A stretch of 64,000 bases of DNA from contig OZ252243.1 of the NCBI GenBank assembly GCA_965249555.1, positions 1,376,001-1,440,000 of the forward strand, in the 5' to 3' direction. The notes below the pieces were generated by a model that searched no databases, was not told where the DNA came from, and saw only the letters and a program-made list of their open reading frames with translations. Shown piece after piece: positions 38,472 to 48,089 of the stretch; position 1 is the first letter of the stretch; each line of letters opens with the position of its first letter. The position numbers and the translations under genes are program-made. The DNA comes from Nitrosopumilus sp. (GTDB lineage Archaea; Thermoproteota; Nitrososphaeria; Nitrososphaerales; Nitrosopumilaceae).

Positions 38472-38951
38472 TTATTGGAATTTTTCATCCCATTTACCCT
38501 CGTTGATTTCGACGGTAATTTCTTTTGGAGTCTTTCCTTCTACTTTTACACCTAATGCTACACATGTACCAATGATGGTTTTTGCAACAGATTTTAACGA
38601 AGAAGCATAAGATTTCTCAAGTTTTGTATTTGCTACTTTTACAATTGAATCCATTGTGACATCTCCTGCCCATTCAGTACCTGATGCGCCTGACCCTTTT
38701 TGGATTCCAGCTTCTTTCATAATGAGTGCTGCAGCTGAAGGAATGCCGATTTCAATTTCATATTTTTTTGTATCAGTATCAACAATAACAGTTACTGGAA
38801 CTTTCATCCCCTCAAAGTCTTTTGTTTTATCATTAATTGCTTTGATAACTTCCATAATGTTAACACCTAGAGGGCCTAATGCTGGACCTAATGGTGGACC
38901 AGCAGATGCTCCTCCTCCAGTTACAAGTGCTGATACTTTTTGATCTCCCAT
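38472..38951 (-). CDS. rpl11: 50S ribosomal protein L11
   Basis: GGASAGPPLGPALGP, GMKVPV, IIGTCVALGV. Confidence 0.98.
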   Translation of the reverse strand: MGDQKVSALVTGGGASAGPPLGPALGPLGVNIMEVIKAINDKTKDFEGMKVPVTVIVDTDTKKYEIEIGIPSAAALIMKEAGIQKGSGASGTEWAGDVTMDSIVKVANTKLEKSYASSLKSVAKTIIGTCVALGVKVEGKTPKEITVEINEGKWDEKFQ

Positions 38952-38986
38952 GTTTTATCTTCTCAATATGAAAAATTTAATCCTTA

Positions 38987-39499
38987 CTAAGCCCCACTTG
39001 CTAGTTTCAGATAGTTTGCGTCTACTGTTACAGGTAATTGATATGATGCATCCAACAAAACTACCGTTGCTTCCTCTTTTTCAACGTCAATTCTGGTAAT
39101 TGTTGCTTTCATTCCTTTGAATGGGCCTCCTGTGATTTCTATTACGTTATCTACTGCTAATTGTGAAACTGTTGATTTCTTGATAAGATATCCCTCAATA
39201 TCTTTGAATTCTAATTCTCCTCTTAATTGACCACGAATGTGTCTTATTCCTTCAACTGCCATGTATGCATCACTTGGATTTATTGCTTCAACTACGACAT
39301 AGCCTTTTAGATTATCTACAAGCAAAACTGATTGAATGTTAATTTTATTTGCATTTGCTTTGGCTTCTAATAATCTCATAACCACTTTTTCTTGTCCACC
39401 AGTGGTTCTAATTGCAAACAAATGTGATTTTATTTCCTCAGTTGATTGAACTTCCTCAGTTGATTGAACTTCCTCAGTTGATTTTATTTCCTCTGACAT
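38987..39499 (-). CDS. spt5: transcription elongation factor Spt5 (NusG)
   Basis: FAIRTTGGQE NGN domain, LKGYVVVEA, KOW IEITGGPFKG. Confidence 0.97.
   Translation of the reverse strand: MSEEIKSTEEVQSTEEVQSTEEIKSHLFAIRTTGGQEKVVMRLLEAKANANKINIQSVLLVDNLKGYVVVEAINPSDAYMAVEGIRHIRGQLRGELEFKDIEGYLIKKSTVSQLAVDNVIEITGGPFKGMKATITRIDVEKEEATVVLLDASYQLPVTVDANYLKLASGA
39425..39496. repeat. 18-bp tandem repeat in the spt5 N-terminus (STEEVQ/STEEIK units)
   Basis: ttcctcagttgatt at 39434, 39452, 39470 and a degenerate copy at 39488. Confidence 0.9.
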
Positions 39500-39501
39500 T
39501 T

Positions 39502-39675
39502 TTATCTACCAAATGTAATTACCGAAAAGACAAACTGAATAATAAATCCAATCATACCAACTCCTGCTATTCCAAATAATACCAATCTAAGATGTTGTTG
39601 ATACTCATCTCTATCTGGTTTTTTGGCCATTTTCATAGTATTAGCCATGTTTCTCAAAGTCTGCCTTGGGTTCAT
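39502..39675 (-). CDS. secE: protein translocase subunit SecE (Sec61 gamma)
   Basis: Not in ORF track. MNPRQTLRNMANTMKMAKKPDRDEYQQHLRLVLFGIAGVGMIGFIIQFVFSVITFGR; directly upstream of spt5. Confidence 0.93.
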   Translation of the reverse strand: MNPRQTLRNMANTMKMAKKPDRDEYQQHLRLVLFGIAGVGMIGFIIQFVFSVITFGR

Positions 39676-39714
39676 TGCTGGAAATTAATAAGGTGTCCTT
39701 ATATCTCTTATCTC

Positions 39715-40491
39715 ATGGAGCTACTAGTTTCGTATCAAGATGACCCTGCAGGTCACAATATGGCAAAATTTCTTTCAAAAGAAATGACACAAGAAGGTGA
39801 TATTTTCCGTGGAAAATATTATGACTTGATAATAATTCCTACCCCTGCAATTTCTGCGGATTGGTTAGAAGAAAAATATGATTATGATGGATTTGTGTTT
39901 CTCTCAAAACATGCTGCCGAATCAGGAGTGTTAGCCTTGACTTGTCATTGTACAGGTAATTTTTCTGAAGCAAAATTTGGTGGAAATGAAAGACAAGTCG
40001 CAATCCCTCACCCACATCTTCAAAAAGCATATCTTCAAACTTTGAAGAAAAACCAGTCTCAATTTTCAGAATTCCAAATCACTATTGAGGCAACACACCA
40101 TGGGCCTACTGCATTGACTAAACCATCTATTTTCATAGAAATAGGTACATCTGAAAAACAGTGGAATGATGTATCTTTATGTAATTCAGTAGCAACTTTG
40201 ATTCATCAAGTGATTACTCAACCAATCAAAGAAAATCCTGTAGCAATTTGTTTTGGAGGAACTCATTATCCTTCAAAATTTACTACTGAATTACTTGAAG
40301 GAAAACATGCACTTGGAACAGTAATTCCAAAACATGCATTAGACAATCTTGATGAAAAATTGTTCTCTCATATTCTTGCACAAAATAGCATGGCACAGGC
40401 TGCCCTTTTGGATTGGGGTGGACTTGGCTCCAATAAACAGAAAGTACTTGGTTTCCTTGAATCAACAGAACTTGAGGTAATCAAACTTTGA
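39715..40491 (+). CDS. dtdA: D-aminoacyl-tRNA deacylase (archaeal DTD2)
   Basis: DPAG.N, FLSKH, LTCH..GN, EATHHGPT, FIEIG, FGGTHY; likely start MELLV at 39715. Confidence 0.92.
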   Translation: MELLVSYQDDPAGHNMAKFLSKEMTQEGDIFRGKYYDLIIIPTPAISADWLEEKYDYDGFVFLSKHAAESGVLALTCHCTGNFSEAKFGGNERQVAIPHPHLQKAYLQTLKKNQSQFSEFQITIEATHHGPTALTKPSIFIEIGTSEKQWNDVSLCNSVATLIHQVITQPIKENPVAICFGGTHYPSKFTTELLEGKHALGTVIPKHALDNLDEKLFSHILAQNSMAQAALLDWGGLGSNKQKVLGFLESTELEVIKL

Positions 40492-40787
40492 ATCTTGAAC
40501 AAAAGATTTACAAAAAATTACTAGAGGTCCCAAAAGGTCAAATCACAACTTATGGCGAATTAGCAAAAGCAGTTGGTTTGAAAAATGGACAGAGGGTTAT
40601 TGGAAAAATAATGAACAAAAATCCATATCCTGTGATCGTTCCATGTCATAGGGTTGTAATGTCTACCGGAAAAATTGGTGGATATGCATATGGAAAACAT
40701 ATCAAAACAAAATTGCTAAGTGATGAAGGCATTAAAATTGAAAATGGTAAAATTAAGGATTTTGAAAAAAATGTCTTTAGATTCTAA
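40488..40787 (+). CDS. ogt: O6-methylguanine-DNA methyltransferase-family protein (C-terminal domain only)
   Basis: TYGELAKA, VPCHRVV active site, GGY. Confidence 0.88.
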   Translation: MNLEQKIYKKLLEVPKGQITTYGELAKAVGLKNGQRVIGKIMNKNPYPVIVPCHRVVMSTGKIGGYAYGKHIKTKLLSDEGIKIENGKIKDFEKNVFRF

Positions 40788-41239
40788 TCTTCTCTCTTCT
40801 CTCTGATTTCATCCATCAAAGTTCTAAGGTGTGCTTTATTTCTAACAGTATTTCCACCAACTTTTTTGTAGAGTATCCAAAATTCTGGATTGGTCAAATC
40901 TTTTCTGTCTTTTGCAATCTTTAACAATCGTCTTAATGCACGAACTTTAGCAACGTATACTTCTTTCTTACCTACTCGTGCACCCTTTCTACCTTTTTTG
41001 GCACCTTGAGTAGTGCCTCTTTTGTTTTTCTGGGCTTTCTTTGTATGTGCTCTACCTTTGGATGTACCTGTAAATGATTTGATCCTGATTGTATTTGCTG
41101 TAATGAGACTTCGAATATTTTCTCTTGTAATTGCATCTGCAACATCATCTAGATGATCAGTGTCAAATCTTATTCTATGAACTCCAACACCTGTAACTCT
41201 AGATGCCAGTCTTTTCTTAGCTTTAAGATTTACTACCAC
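40784..41239 (-). CDS. rpl19e: 50S ribosomal protein L19e
   Basis: KRLASRV.GVG..RI, KKGRKGAR, YKKVGGN. Confidence 0.97.
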   Translation of the reverse strand: MVVNLKAKKRLASRVTGVGVHRIRFDTDHLDDVADAITRENIRSLITANTIRIKSFTGTSKGRAHTKKAQKNKRGTTQGAKKGRKGARVGKKEVYVAKVRALRRLLKIAKDRKDLTNPEFWILYKKVGGNTVRNKAHLRTLMDEIREKRED

Positions 41240-41627
41240 TTACATTCACTCTCGCATTAAAAATTTTGAATTTACCTTCAATTGCTTTAGCCACAATTTC
41301 TTTTCTCTTTTTTGTACCAACACTATGTCCAAATCTAACACCATCTTTTTTTGGGTCTAATTTTTCTAAATCATTTAAGTTGTGAACTAAATTATCTGTA
41401 AATCCTGAAGGATGTAGTCCTCTTGCTTCTTTAGGTCCTCTATATCCAACTTTAACAAGACCTGGACGACCTCTACTTTTTTGTTTTCTTTGATGGTGAT
41501 CAATACCTTTTGGCTTTCTCCAGTTAGTTTGTAGTCTAACATAACGCCAACTTTCTGGTCTTACAAAATCTGGATTGTGTCCTTTTATTTCCTGTCTCTT
41601 TGCAAGCTTTTCTTTGTTGATCGACAT
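41223..41627 (-). CDS. rpl32e: 50S ribosomal protein L32e
   Basis: WRKPKGID, VGYRGP..ARGLHPSG; likely start MSINK at 41627. Confidence 0.97.
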   Translation of the reverse strand: MSINKEKLAKRQEIKGHNPDFVRPESWRYVRLQTNWRKPKGIDHHQRKQKSRGRPGLVKVGYRGPKEARGLHPSGFTDNLVHNLNDLEKLDPKKDGVRFGHSVGTKKRKEIVAKAIEGKFKIFNARVNVSGSKS

Positions 41628-41788
41628 AAGAGTGAGTCTTGAATTTTGAAATAAATACGTTCCTAGCCAAAAAAAAATTTCAGATAGGAAAGAGATAATA
41701 AGGAAATTCAAGGCGGATCGAAATATCTCATGAACAAATCTGAGATTGATAAAATAATTTTTGGAGGTGCAATCCTCTGACTCAAGTT

Positions 41789-43378
41789 GTGGGTAATGCT
41801 GTAACTGACAAATTCTCATCACAATTAACCACATTTGGAATCAATCCTGCCAAAGTTCACAGAAATCTAGGCGTAGATGAAATGGTGAATCTTGCAGTTG
41901 AAAGAAATGAGGGTGTCGTAAATTCAACAGGCTCTCTTTCTGTCAATACTGGAAAATATACTGGCAGATCTCCTGATGACCGCTTTATTGTATATGATGA
42001 CAAAACTCGTGACACAATTGGTTGGGGCAAAATTAATCATCAATTTCCAAGTGATAAATTTGAAAAACTTTTTGAAAAAATGAAAAACTTTGTTGATAAC
42101 AAAGAACTTTTTGTTTTCGATGGTTTTGTAGGTTCTGACCCTGAAAACCGCCTTCCAATTAGAGTAATTAATGATCGTGTTTGGCAAAATCTATTTGGAA
42201 GAACCTTGTTTATTCGCCCTACAAACGAGGAGTTGGAAAATCATGAACCTGAGTTTACCATATTATGTATTAATGATTTTGAAGCAGTTCCAGAAATAGA
42301 TGGGACACGAACCGATGTATTAATCCTAGTTGATTTAACAAGAAAAATTGTTTTGATTGGAGGTACACAATATGCTGGAGAAATGAAAAAATCAATGTTT
42401 AGTATAATGAATTTCCTTTTGCCAGAACGTGGTGTTTTTCCAATGCATTGCTCTGCAAATATTGGAGAAAAAGGAGATACTACATTATTTTTTGGATTGT
42501 CTGGTACTGGTAAAACTACTCTTTCTGCAGATCCTAATAGAAAACTAATTGGTGATGATGAGCATGGATGGTCTGACAATGGTACATTTAATTTTGAAGG
42601 TGGATGCTATGCAAAATGTATCAATCTTAGTCAAGAAGCAGAACCTGAGATATGGAATGCAATCAAATCAGGTGCAGTTTTAGAAAATGTAGTGCTTGAT
42701 GATAATGTACCAAATTACAAAGATAACAGTTTAACTGAAAATACCCGTGTCGCATATCCTTTGGATTACATTCCAGGTGCAGTAACTCCTAGTGTTGGTG
42801 GGCATCCTGGAGTGATTGTATTTTTGACTGCTGACGCATTAGGAGTTTTACCTCCAGTTTCTAGATTAACAAAAGAAGGAGCTATGTACCATTTCATGTC
42901 AGGTTATACCAGTAAATTAGCTGGAACTGAAAGAGGAATCAAAGAGCCAAAATCTGTGTTTTCTGAGTGTTTTGGGGCTCCATTCATGCCTAGACCCGCA
43001 TCAGTTTATGCAAAACTACTTGGAGAAAAAATCAATCAGCACAATACTGCAGTTTATCTTGTAAACACTGGTTGGTCTGGTGGTCCTTATGGTATTGGAA
43101 AAAGAATTAAGATCAAATATAGTCGTATCATGATCACTGCTGCTATATCTGGTGCACTTGATAATGTAAAATATGTTCATGATGATTTATTCAATCTAGA
43201 TGTCCCAACTGAAGTAAATGATGTTCCTTCTGAAATTTTAGATCCGAAAAATACTTGGGTTGACAAAGATTCGTATGCTCTTTCTGCAAAAAATTTAGCT
43301 CAAATGTTTGTTGAAAACTTTAAGAAATTTGAAAATGTTTCATCAGATATAATTGATGCTGGCCCAAAACCTACTTGA
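41789..43378 (+). CDS. pckA: phosphoenolpyruvate carboxykinase (ATP)
   Basis: TGRSP, YAGEMKK, MHCSAN, GLSGTGKTTLSAD, IGDDEHGW, NFEGGCYAK. Confidence 0.97.
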   Translation: MGNAVTDKFSSQLTTFGINPAKVHRNLGVDEMVNLAVERNEGVVNSTGSLSVNTGKYTGRSPDDRFIVYDDKTRDTIGWGKINHQFPSDKFEKLFEKMKNFVDNKELFVFDGFVGSDPENRLPIRVINDRVWQNLFGRTLFIRPTNEELENHEPEFTILCINDFEAVPEIDGTRTDVLILVDLTRKIVLIGGTQYAGEMKKSMFSIMNFLLPERGVFPMHCSANIGEKGDTTLFFGLSGTGKTTLSADPNRKLIGDDEHGWSDNGTFNFEGGCYAKCINLSQEAEPEIWNAIKSGAVLENVVLDDNVPNYKDNSLTENTRVAYPLDYIPGAVTPSVGGHPGVIVFLTADALGVLPPVSRLTKEGAMYHFMSGYTSKLAGTERGIKEPKSVFSECFGAPFMPRPASVYAKLLGEKINQHNTAVYLVNTGWSGGPYGIGKRIKIKYSRIMITAAISGALDNVKYVHDDLFNLDVPTEVNDVPSEILDPKNTWVDKDSYALSAKNLAQMFVENFKKFENVSSDIIDAGPKPT

Positions 43379-43382
43379 TAGA

Positions 43383-45407
43383 TTATCTTCTGTTAACTAG
43401 TCCAATAATTCCTATTATTATTGCAATTCCTGCAATTATTACAATTGGCTTTTCTGGAATATCAATAATTTCTGATCTGTAAGAATTTTCTGGAAGTGAA
43501 CTAATTTCAATTGTGTTAAATGCAGATGATGTGTTTCCTTCAACTCTAATTTTAGCATCAACCCAATATTCTGAATTTTCATAGATTTCTATTGACGCCT
43601 TTCTGTCTGGTGTCATAGTTGTAGTGTCTATTTTTCCATCTTTACTATTTGTGACTGAAATTTTTGCAAAACTCCATTCTTCTGGATGATAAATATCAAA
43701 GAAAAGTTTTTGATCTTGTTGATTTACAGAGATTGAACCTGGTGTATAATGTAGTACAAATGGAATCACATATCGAGTGTTATCATGATTGATGATTATC
43801 TTTCCTTCATAATCTCCAAAATTTTCTTGAGTCATATTCATTTTAATTTGCAAACTATTACCTTCAAGTACGTATGAAAATTTTATTAATTCAGATCCTT
43901 CAAATTTAACATCAAAATCATCAAATGTGCCCTCTATCAATTTTAATCCAAATTGTTTTTCAGCAATTCGATTGTCTGATGATACATTTACTACAAAATT
44001 TGGTGGTATGATAATTAATTTTGCATCATAAGCATTTCCTATATCTAATCTTCCCGCACCTGCTTCGTGTAGTGAGAATTCTTGTCCATAGGCATCTGAA
44101 ACAGGCTCAACTGTAGTTAGCAATAGGGATTTTATTTCATGATGATGAAGTTCTGGGTTTTTCTGAAGTAATAGTGCTGCTGCTCCAGAAACATGTGGTG
44201 CTGCATAGCTTGTCCCACTAGTGAAATTGTATCCTCCATTGTTTTGCGTGGAATTGATGTATGCGCCAGGTGCTACAATGTCTGGTTTTATGTAAAATGG
44301 TGATACTGGTCCTCTAGAACTAAAATGTGCTACAAAATCTGGATTGTAAAATAAATGCATATTTGCTTCACCACCATTTTTTATAGATTCTATAATTTCA
44401 AGTCCTTCTTCTCTGTCAATGGATACAACTGGAATTTGTGGTTTGTATCCTGGTTTTATAAATTCATGAATCAATTCACCCAAAAAAACTCCTGCTCTAT
44501 TATTGTATACAATCAGAGCTTTTGCTCCTGCATTTGCAGCATTACTTTCCTTAATGGAAAAATACAATAATTCTCCTTCTGCATCACTCCCTCTTTCAAC
44601 AATTAGTATTGCATCTTTCACATCAATTTCTTTCAAATTTTCAATTTTTCCAAATCCTCCAAAAATTATTTTTCCTATGATTGGTTCTTCTAGTTTTGTA
44701 GAACCTACCATTGGAATTACAGTATATGGTTTTTCATCTACTTCTAATGTTGCAACCAAACTTGAAGTGAGATTGTTATATGTTGCACCTACTGTAATAG
44801 ATCCAAAATTTCTACCTGGACTACCAATTGTTTTGAACCCCGGACCATCATTTCCAGCAGCAGTTACTACAAAAATTTCTTTCTCTAATGCGTTATTTAC
44901 TGCACGTTCAATCTTTGCATTTGTTTTGTTTACTCCTAAACTAATATTGATAATATCTGCACCATCCTCAATTGCTCTTTCAATGGCTCTAGTGATTAAT
45001 TCTGATGATACTCCTTCTCCATCTTCTGAAACTTTGTAAGCAAGAATTTTTGCTTTAGGTGCTATTCCGAATACTTGGCCATCAGCTGCAATTACTCCTG
45101 CAACCTGCGTACCATGCCCATTTGTATCCAAAGGTGGTTGGTTTTCTTGTATGAAATTGTATCCTCCTATTACTTTTCCATCAGGACCCCATCCAAATAA
45201 GTCTGGATGATTAAAGTCTACTCCAGTATCAATTACTGCTACTTTAATTCCTGTCCCATCAATTCCATCAATTCTTGGAATTTCTGTTCCGACATATGGG
45301 ACACTTCTATCCAAGTATGTTTGAATTTCATTTTCAGATTGTAGAGATTGAGATAAAATAAAACCCACTAAAAATACTATCATCATAGAAAAAACTAAGA
45401 ATTTCAC
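43383..45407 (-). CDS. S8 subtilisin-like serine peptidase with PA domain and C-terminal TM anchor
   Basis: Catalytic triad motifs IDTG, HGT, GTSYAAP; PA insert; start uncertain (GTG 45407 chosen, ORF track 45554). Confidence 0.92.
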   Translation of the reverse strand: MKFLVFSMMIVFLVGFILSQSLQSENEIQTYLDRSVPYVGTEIPRIDGIDGTGIKVAVIDTGVDFNHPDLFGWGPDGKVIGGYNFIQENQPPLDTNGHGTQVAGVIAADGQVFGIAPKAKILAYKVSEDGEGVSSELITRAIERAIEDGADIINISLGVNKTNAKIERAVNNALEKEIFVVTAAGNDGPGFKTIGSPGRNFGSITVGATYNNLTSSLVATLEVDEKPYTVIPMVGSTKLEEPIIGKIIFGGFGKIENLKEIDVKDAILIVERGSDAEGELLYFSIKESNAANAGAKALIVYNNRAGVFLGELIHEFIKPGYKPQIPVVSIDREEGLEIIESIKNGGEANMHLFYNPDFVAHFSSRGPVSPFYIKPDIVAPGAYINSTQNNGGYNFTSGTSYAAPHVSGAAALLLQKNPELHHHEIKSLLLTTVEPVSDAYGQEFSLHEAGAGRLDIGNAYDAKLIIIPPNFVVNVSSDNRIAEKQFGLKLIEGTFDDFDVKFEGSELIKFSYVLEGNSLQIKMNMTQENFGDYEGKIIINHDNTRYVIPFVLHYTPGSISVNQQDQKLFFDIYHPEEWSFAKISVTNSKDGKIDTTTMTPDRKASIEIYENSEYWVDAKIRVEGNTSSAFNTIEISSLPENSYRSEIIDIPEKPIVIIAGIAIIIGIIGLVNRR

Positions 45408-45581
45408 AAATTTTCTAACTATTTTTACAAGTAAAAATGAATTGCTTACTAAATCAATAAATTGAATAAATTTCCCAAAGAACTCATGGGAAAATACACC
45501 TATAGTTGTTGAAGGCTTTGTTATTTTCTTACCACATTTGCTTATAAAAAACATGAAAAAATTATAATTAAGAAATCACCA

Positions 45582-46658
45582 TCAAGACCATCCCGTTTTT
45601 TCTTTAGATTCAAGTTTCTCTCTTAATTCTGAATTTTCTTTTTTCAACTCTTCAATTCTTGGATCATTTACTTGAATGATTTTTGATCCAATAAGATATT
45701 CTAATGCCTCAATAAATTCCGAATCAGTTATTTTGTCTTCTGCCCAGAATCCAGCTATTCCCTTGATCCATGTGGGTATTGACTCTGTCTGAGTATGTAA
45801 CGCTAATATCTTTGTAGAAGATAACGGTGTTTCATTTTCTATTATACACCATTCTGTTTTAGGATCATAAGTGCTTCCTCTCCCACACCCTGTATTCTCA
45901 GAAGCCTCAAAGTCTTGTAATATGTCTATATTCTCAAAAGTTACAACATAAGTTCCAATAATTTCAATATCTGAATCCCCTTCTTCAAAATTAATTGTTA
46001 TCACTCTAGACTTTTGGTGTACTGGAGATTCTTTATAGGCAACTTCTATTCCATCTATCAGAATAATAAAAGCAACATCTTTACCATCCTGTTTCTCAGC
46101 TCCTATGAACTCTCTAGGCAAATCTAATGTGATGGTTCCCTCGTCTGTTGCATCAATTTGTACTATTATTGCAAAAGTATCTGAATCTACTATCATATCC
46201 TTAACTGTACCTCCTTTGATGGTATACTCTACATCAAATGTTCCAAAACTCCCTGTATCTACGTCAAAATTACTTGTGGTTTCAATTGACTCTGATTCAG
46301 GAGTATAATTAAATGCAGTTTCTATTATTTCATCTTGATAGGATGCTCTGACTATGTATTCTCCACCGGTTTTCCATAATGCGCCTTCTGCAAGAACTGT
46401 TTCTGTGAAGCTGCCATCTTGTGCTACTTGTAATTGTGTAATATGTACGTATGCTGCATCATGAATAATTTGTATTCGTACTGGGGTTTTACCAATTACT
46501 GTATCTACACTACCTGATATTACAATAGTATCACCTTCATCATAATGATTGTCATCTGTTTGAACAGAAATAAGAGATTCTTGTGCAAAAGATTGAGATA
46601 TTCCTAAAGAGAAAATTATTGTTAATGCTAATAATGGGAAGAATGATTTTTTAATCAA
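45582..46658 (-). CDS. chimeric surface protein: PEFG-protein body plus a different C-terminal IPxWIK..A.(F/W)W domain
   Basis: Body nearly identical to 9162-9962; VPEFG-TM is replaced by a Cys-loop linker, IPTWIKGIAGFWAEDKITDSEFIEALEYLI and a coiled coil. Confidence 0.88.
   Translation of the reverse strand: MIKKSFFPLLALTIIFSLGISQSFAQESLISVQTDDNHYDEGDTIVISGSVDTVIGKTPVRIQIIHDAAYVHITQLQVAQDGSFTETVLAEGALWKTGGEYIVRASYQDEIIETAFNYTPESESIETTSNFDVDTGSFGTFDVEYTIKGGTVKDMIVDSDTFAIIVQIDATDEGTITLDLPREFIGAEKQDGKDVAFIILIDGIEVAYKESPVHQKSRVITINFEEGDSDIEIIGTYVVTFENIDILQDFEASENTGCGRGSTYDPKTEWCIIENETPLSSTKILALHTQTESIPTWIKGIAGFWAEDKITDSEFIEALEYLIGSKIIQVNDPRIEELKKENSELREKLESKEKTGWS
45943..46564. repeat. dispersed direct repeat, copy 2 (copy 1 at 9256-9877)
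   Basis: 622 bp, 9 mismatches, same orientation as copy 1. Confidence 0.95.
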
Positions 46659-46727
46659 TTTGTATTTTATTATGTTCTATCTCATCTCCTTTTTCCAATA
46701 TTCCATCTGTATTACAGCATATCAAAC

Positions 46728-46991
46728 CTAGTTTTGTATGTATTCATTTATTCTAATTGTGTTTTGATTCTCATTGTACAAAACTAGGGTAGATCCTGAT
46801 TCAATATAACATGTGTTTGATTTTGTATGCCATATTTCTTCGTATTCCTCATATGTATAATAATAACCATCATAAGTATTCATAAAATAAGCTTTTACAT
46901 TTACAAATTCTTCTGCATCTATTCTTGTGTTGTCATTATATCTAGTTGGTAATTTGAAATGCAGTTTTACTTTAGGAATTAATTTTGACAA
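46728..46991 (-). CDS. hypothetical protein, possibly truncated or chimeric
   Basis: N-terminal LPTRYND.T.I..EEF..V..YF...Y.G looks like a small conserved domain; the remainder is Tyr-rich and abruptly different. Confidence 0.5.
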   Translation of the reverse strand: MSKLIPKVKLHFKLPTRYNDNTRIDAEEFVNVKAYFMNTYDGYYYTYEEYEEIWHTKSNTCYIESGSTLVLYNENQNTIRINEYIQN

Positions 46992-46999
46992 TTTAATAT

Positions 47000-47206
47000 T
47001 TAGATTTTTGTATATGGTATATTCTTTTTTGTTAATTGACTACATTGTTTATTTGATATTAAATAATCCGTTTTTGAAATCGCTGAAAACCTTTGACCAG
47101 ATTTCATTAGTAAACTAACCATTGCAATCTCATGTTCTTCTTTAACTCTAATTTCTCTGTATGTGAATGGATTTTCTTTTTGTACCATGATTTTAAAACA
47201 AACCAT
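47000..47206 (-). CDS. small hypothetical protein
   Basis: 62-68 aa ORF ending 8 nt before the next ORF; likely co-transcribed. Confidence 0.55.
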   Translation of the reverse strand: MVCFKIMVQKENPFTYREIRVKEEHEIAMVSLLMKSGQRFSAISKTDYLISNKQCSQLTKKNIPYTKI

Positions 47207-47382
47207 GTTTTATAAGAACTCTTTTTGATCGGGTGTTAATTCATGCTAGATTTTAGGCTTGTGGATTTTATTTTTTAGATGTGAAATATTAGTAGAGTTT
47301 TTTACAGCTAAACCAAAAACAGGTAATAACGTTACAGTGCCAATGGGAAGTAAATAATAAGGGTAACAAATAGTAGGCTCTT

Positions 47383-48003
47383 ATGGGAAAATACACACTT
47401 CCTGAAATGCCATATGCTTATGATGCATTAGAACCTCACATTGATGCAAAAACAATGGAGATTCATCATACAAAACATCATCAAGCATACACTGACAAAT
47501 TAAATGCGGCTCTTGAAACATGTCCAGCTGAGATTCAAGAAAAAGATATTCTTGACATTTTGTCTGATATTAACTCAGTCCCAGAAGACAAAAGAGGTGC
47601 AATTAATTTCAATGGTGGTGGTTATGATAACCATAGGCTATTTTGGAATAACATGAAAGCAAATGGAGGCGGAGAACCTGGAGGATCTATTGCTGATGCA
47701 ATTAACAATTCTTTTGGAAGCTTCTCTGACTTTAAAGAGAAATTTTCATCCACTACAGCAGTAATTCAAGGCAGTGGTTGGGGATGGTTAGTATACAATC
47801 CTTCTTCAAGTAAGGTTGAGTACAAATCAATGCCAAACCAGACTAGTCCAAGAACTGAAGGACTAGTACCATTGTTAGGCTGTGATGTTTGGGAACATGC
47901 ATACTATCTCAACTATCAAAACAAAAGACCAGTATACATCGAAGCATGGTGGAATGTAGTTAACTGGGATGAAGTCGAAGATAGATTCTCAAAAGCAAAA
48001 TAA
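47383..48003 (+). CDS. sod: Fe/Mn superoxide dismutase
   Basis: LEPHID, HHTKHH, NHRLFW, GSGWGWL, DVWEHAYY. Confidence 0.98.
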   Translation: MGKYTLPEMPYAYDALEPHIDAKTMEIHHTKHHQAYTDKLNAALETCPAEIQEKDILDILSDINSVPEDKRGAINFNGGGYDNHRLFWNNMKANGGGEPGGSIADAINNSFGSFSDFKEKFSSTTAVIQGSGWGWLVYNPSSSKVEYKSMPNQTSPRTEGLVPLLGCDVWEHAYYLNYQNKRPVYIEAWWNVVNWDEVEDRFSKAK

Positions 48004-48089
48004 AGTTCTAATCTTTATTTTTTTTATTTCAATACCCTTAATTCTATCTGTGAATGAATTTATAACCATCTGAGAATGGTTTGTTGTAA

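Noticed and set aside
39592-39714. N-terminal extensions in the ORF track for dtdA (also rpl32e to 41834, PEFG gene to 12809, S8 peptidase to 45554)
   Set aside because: Extensions overlap opposite-strand genes or promoter regions and lack family-like sequence; downstream starts fit better
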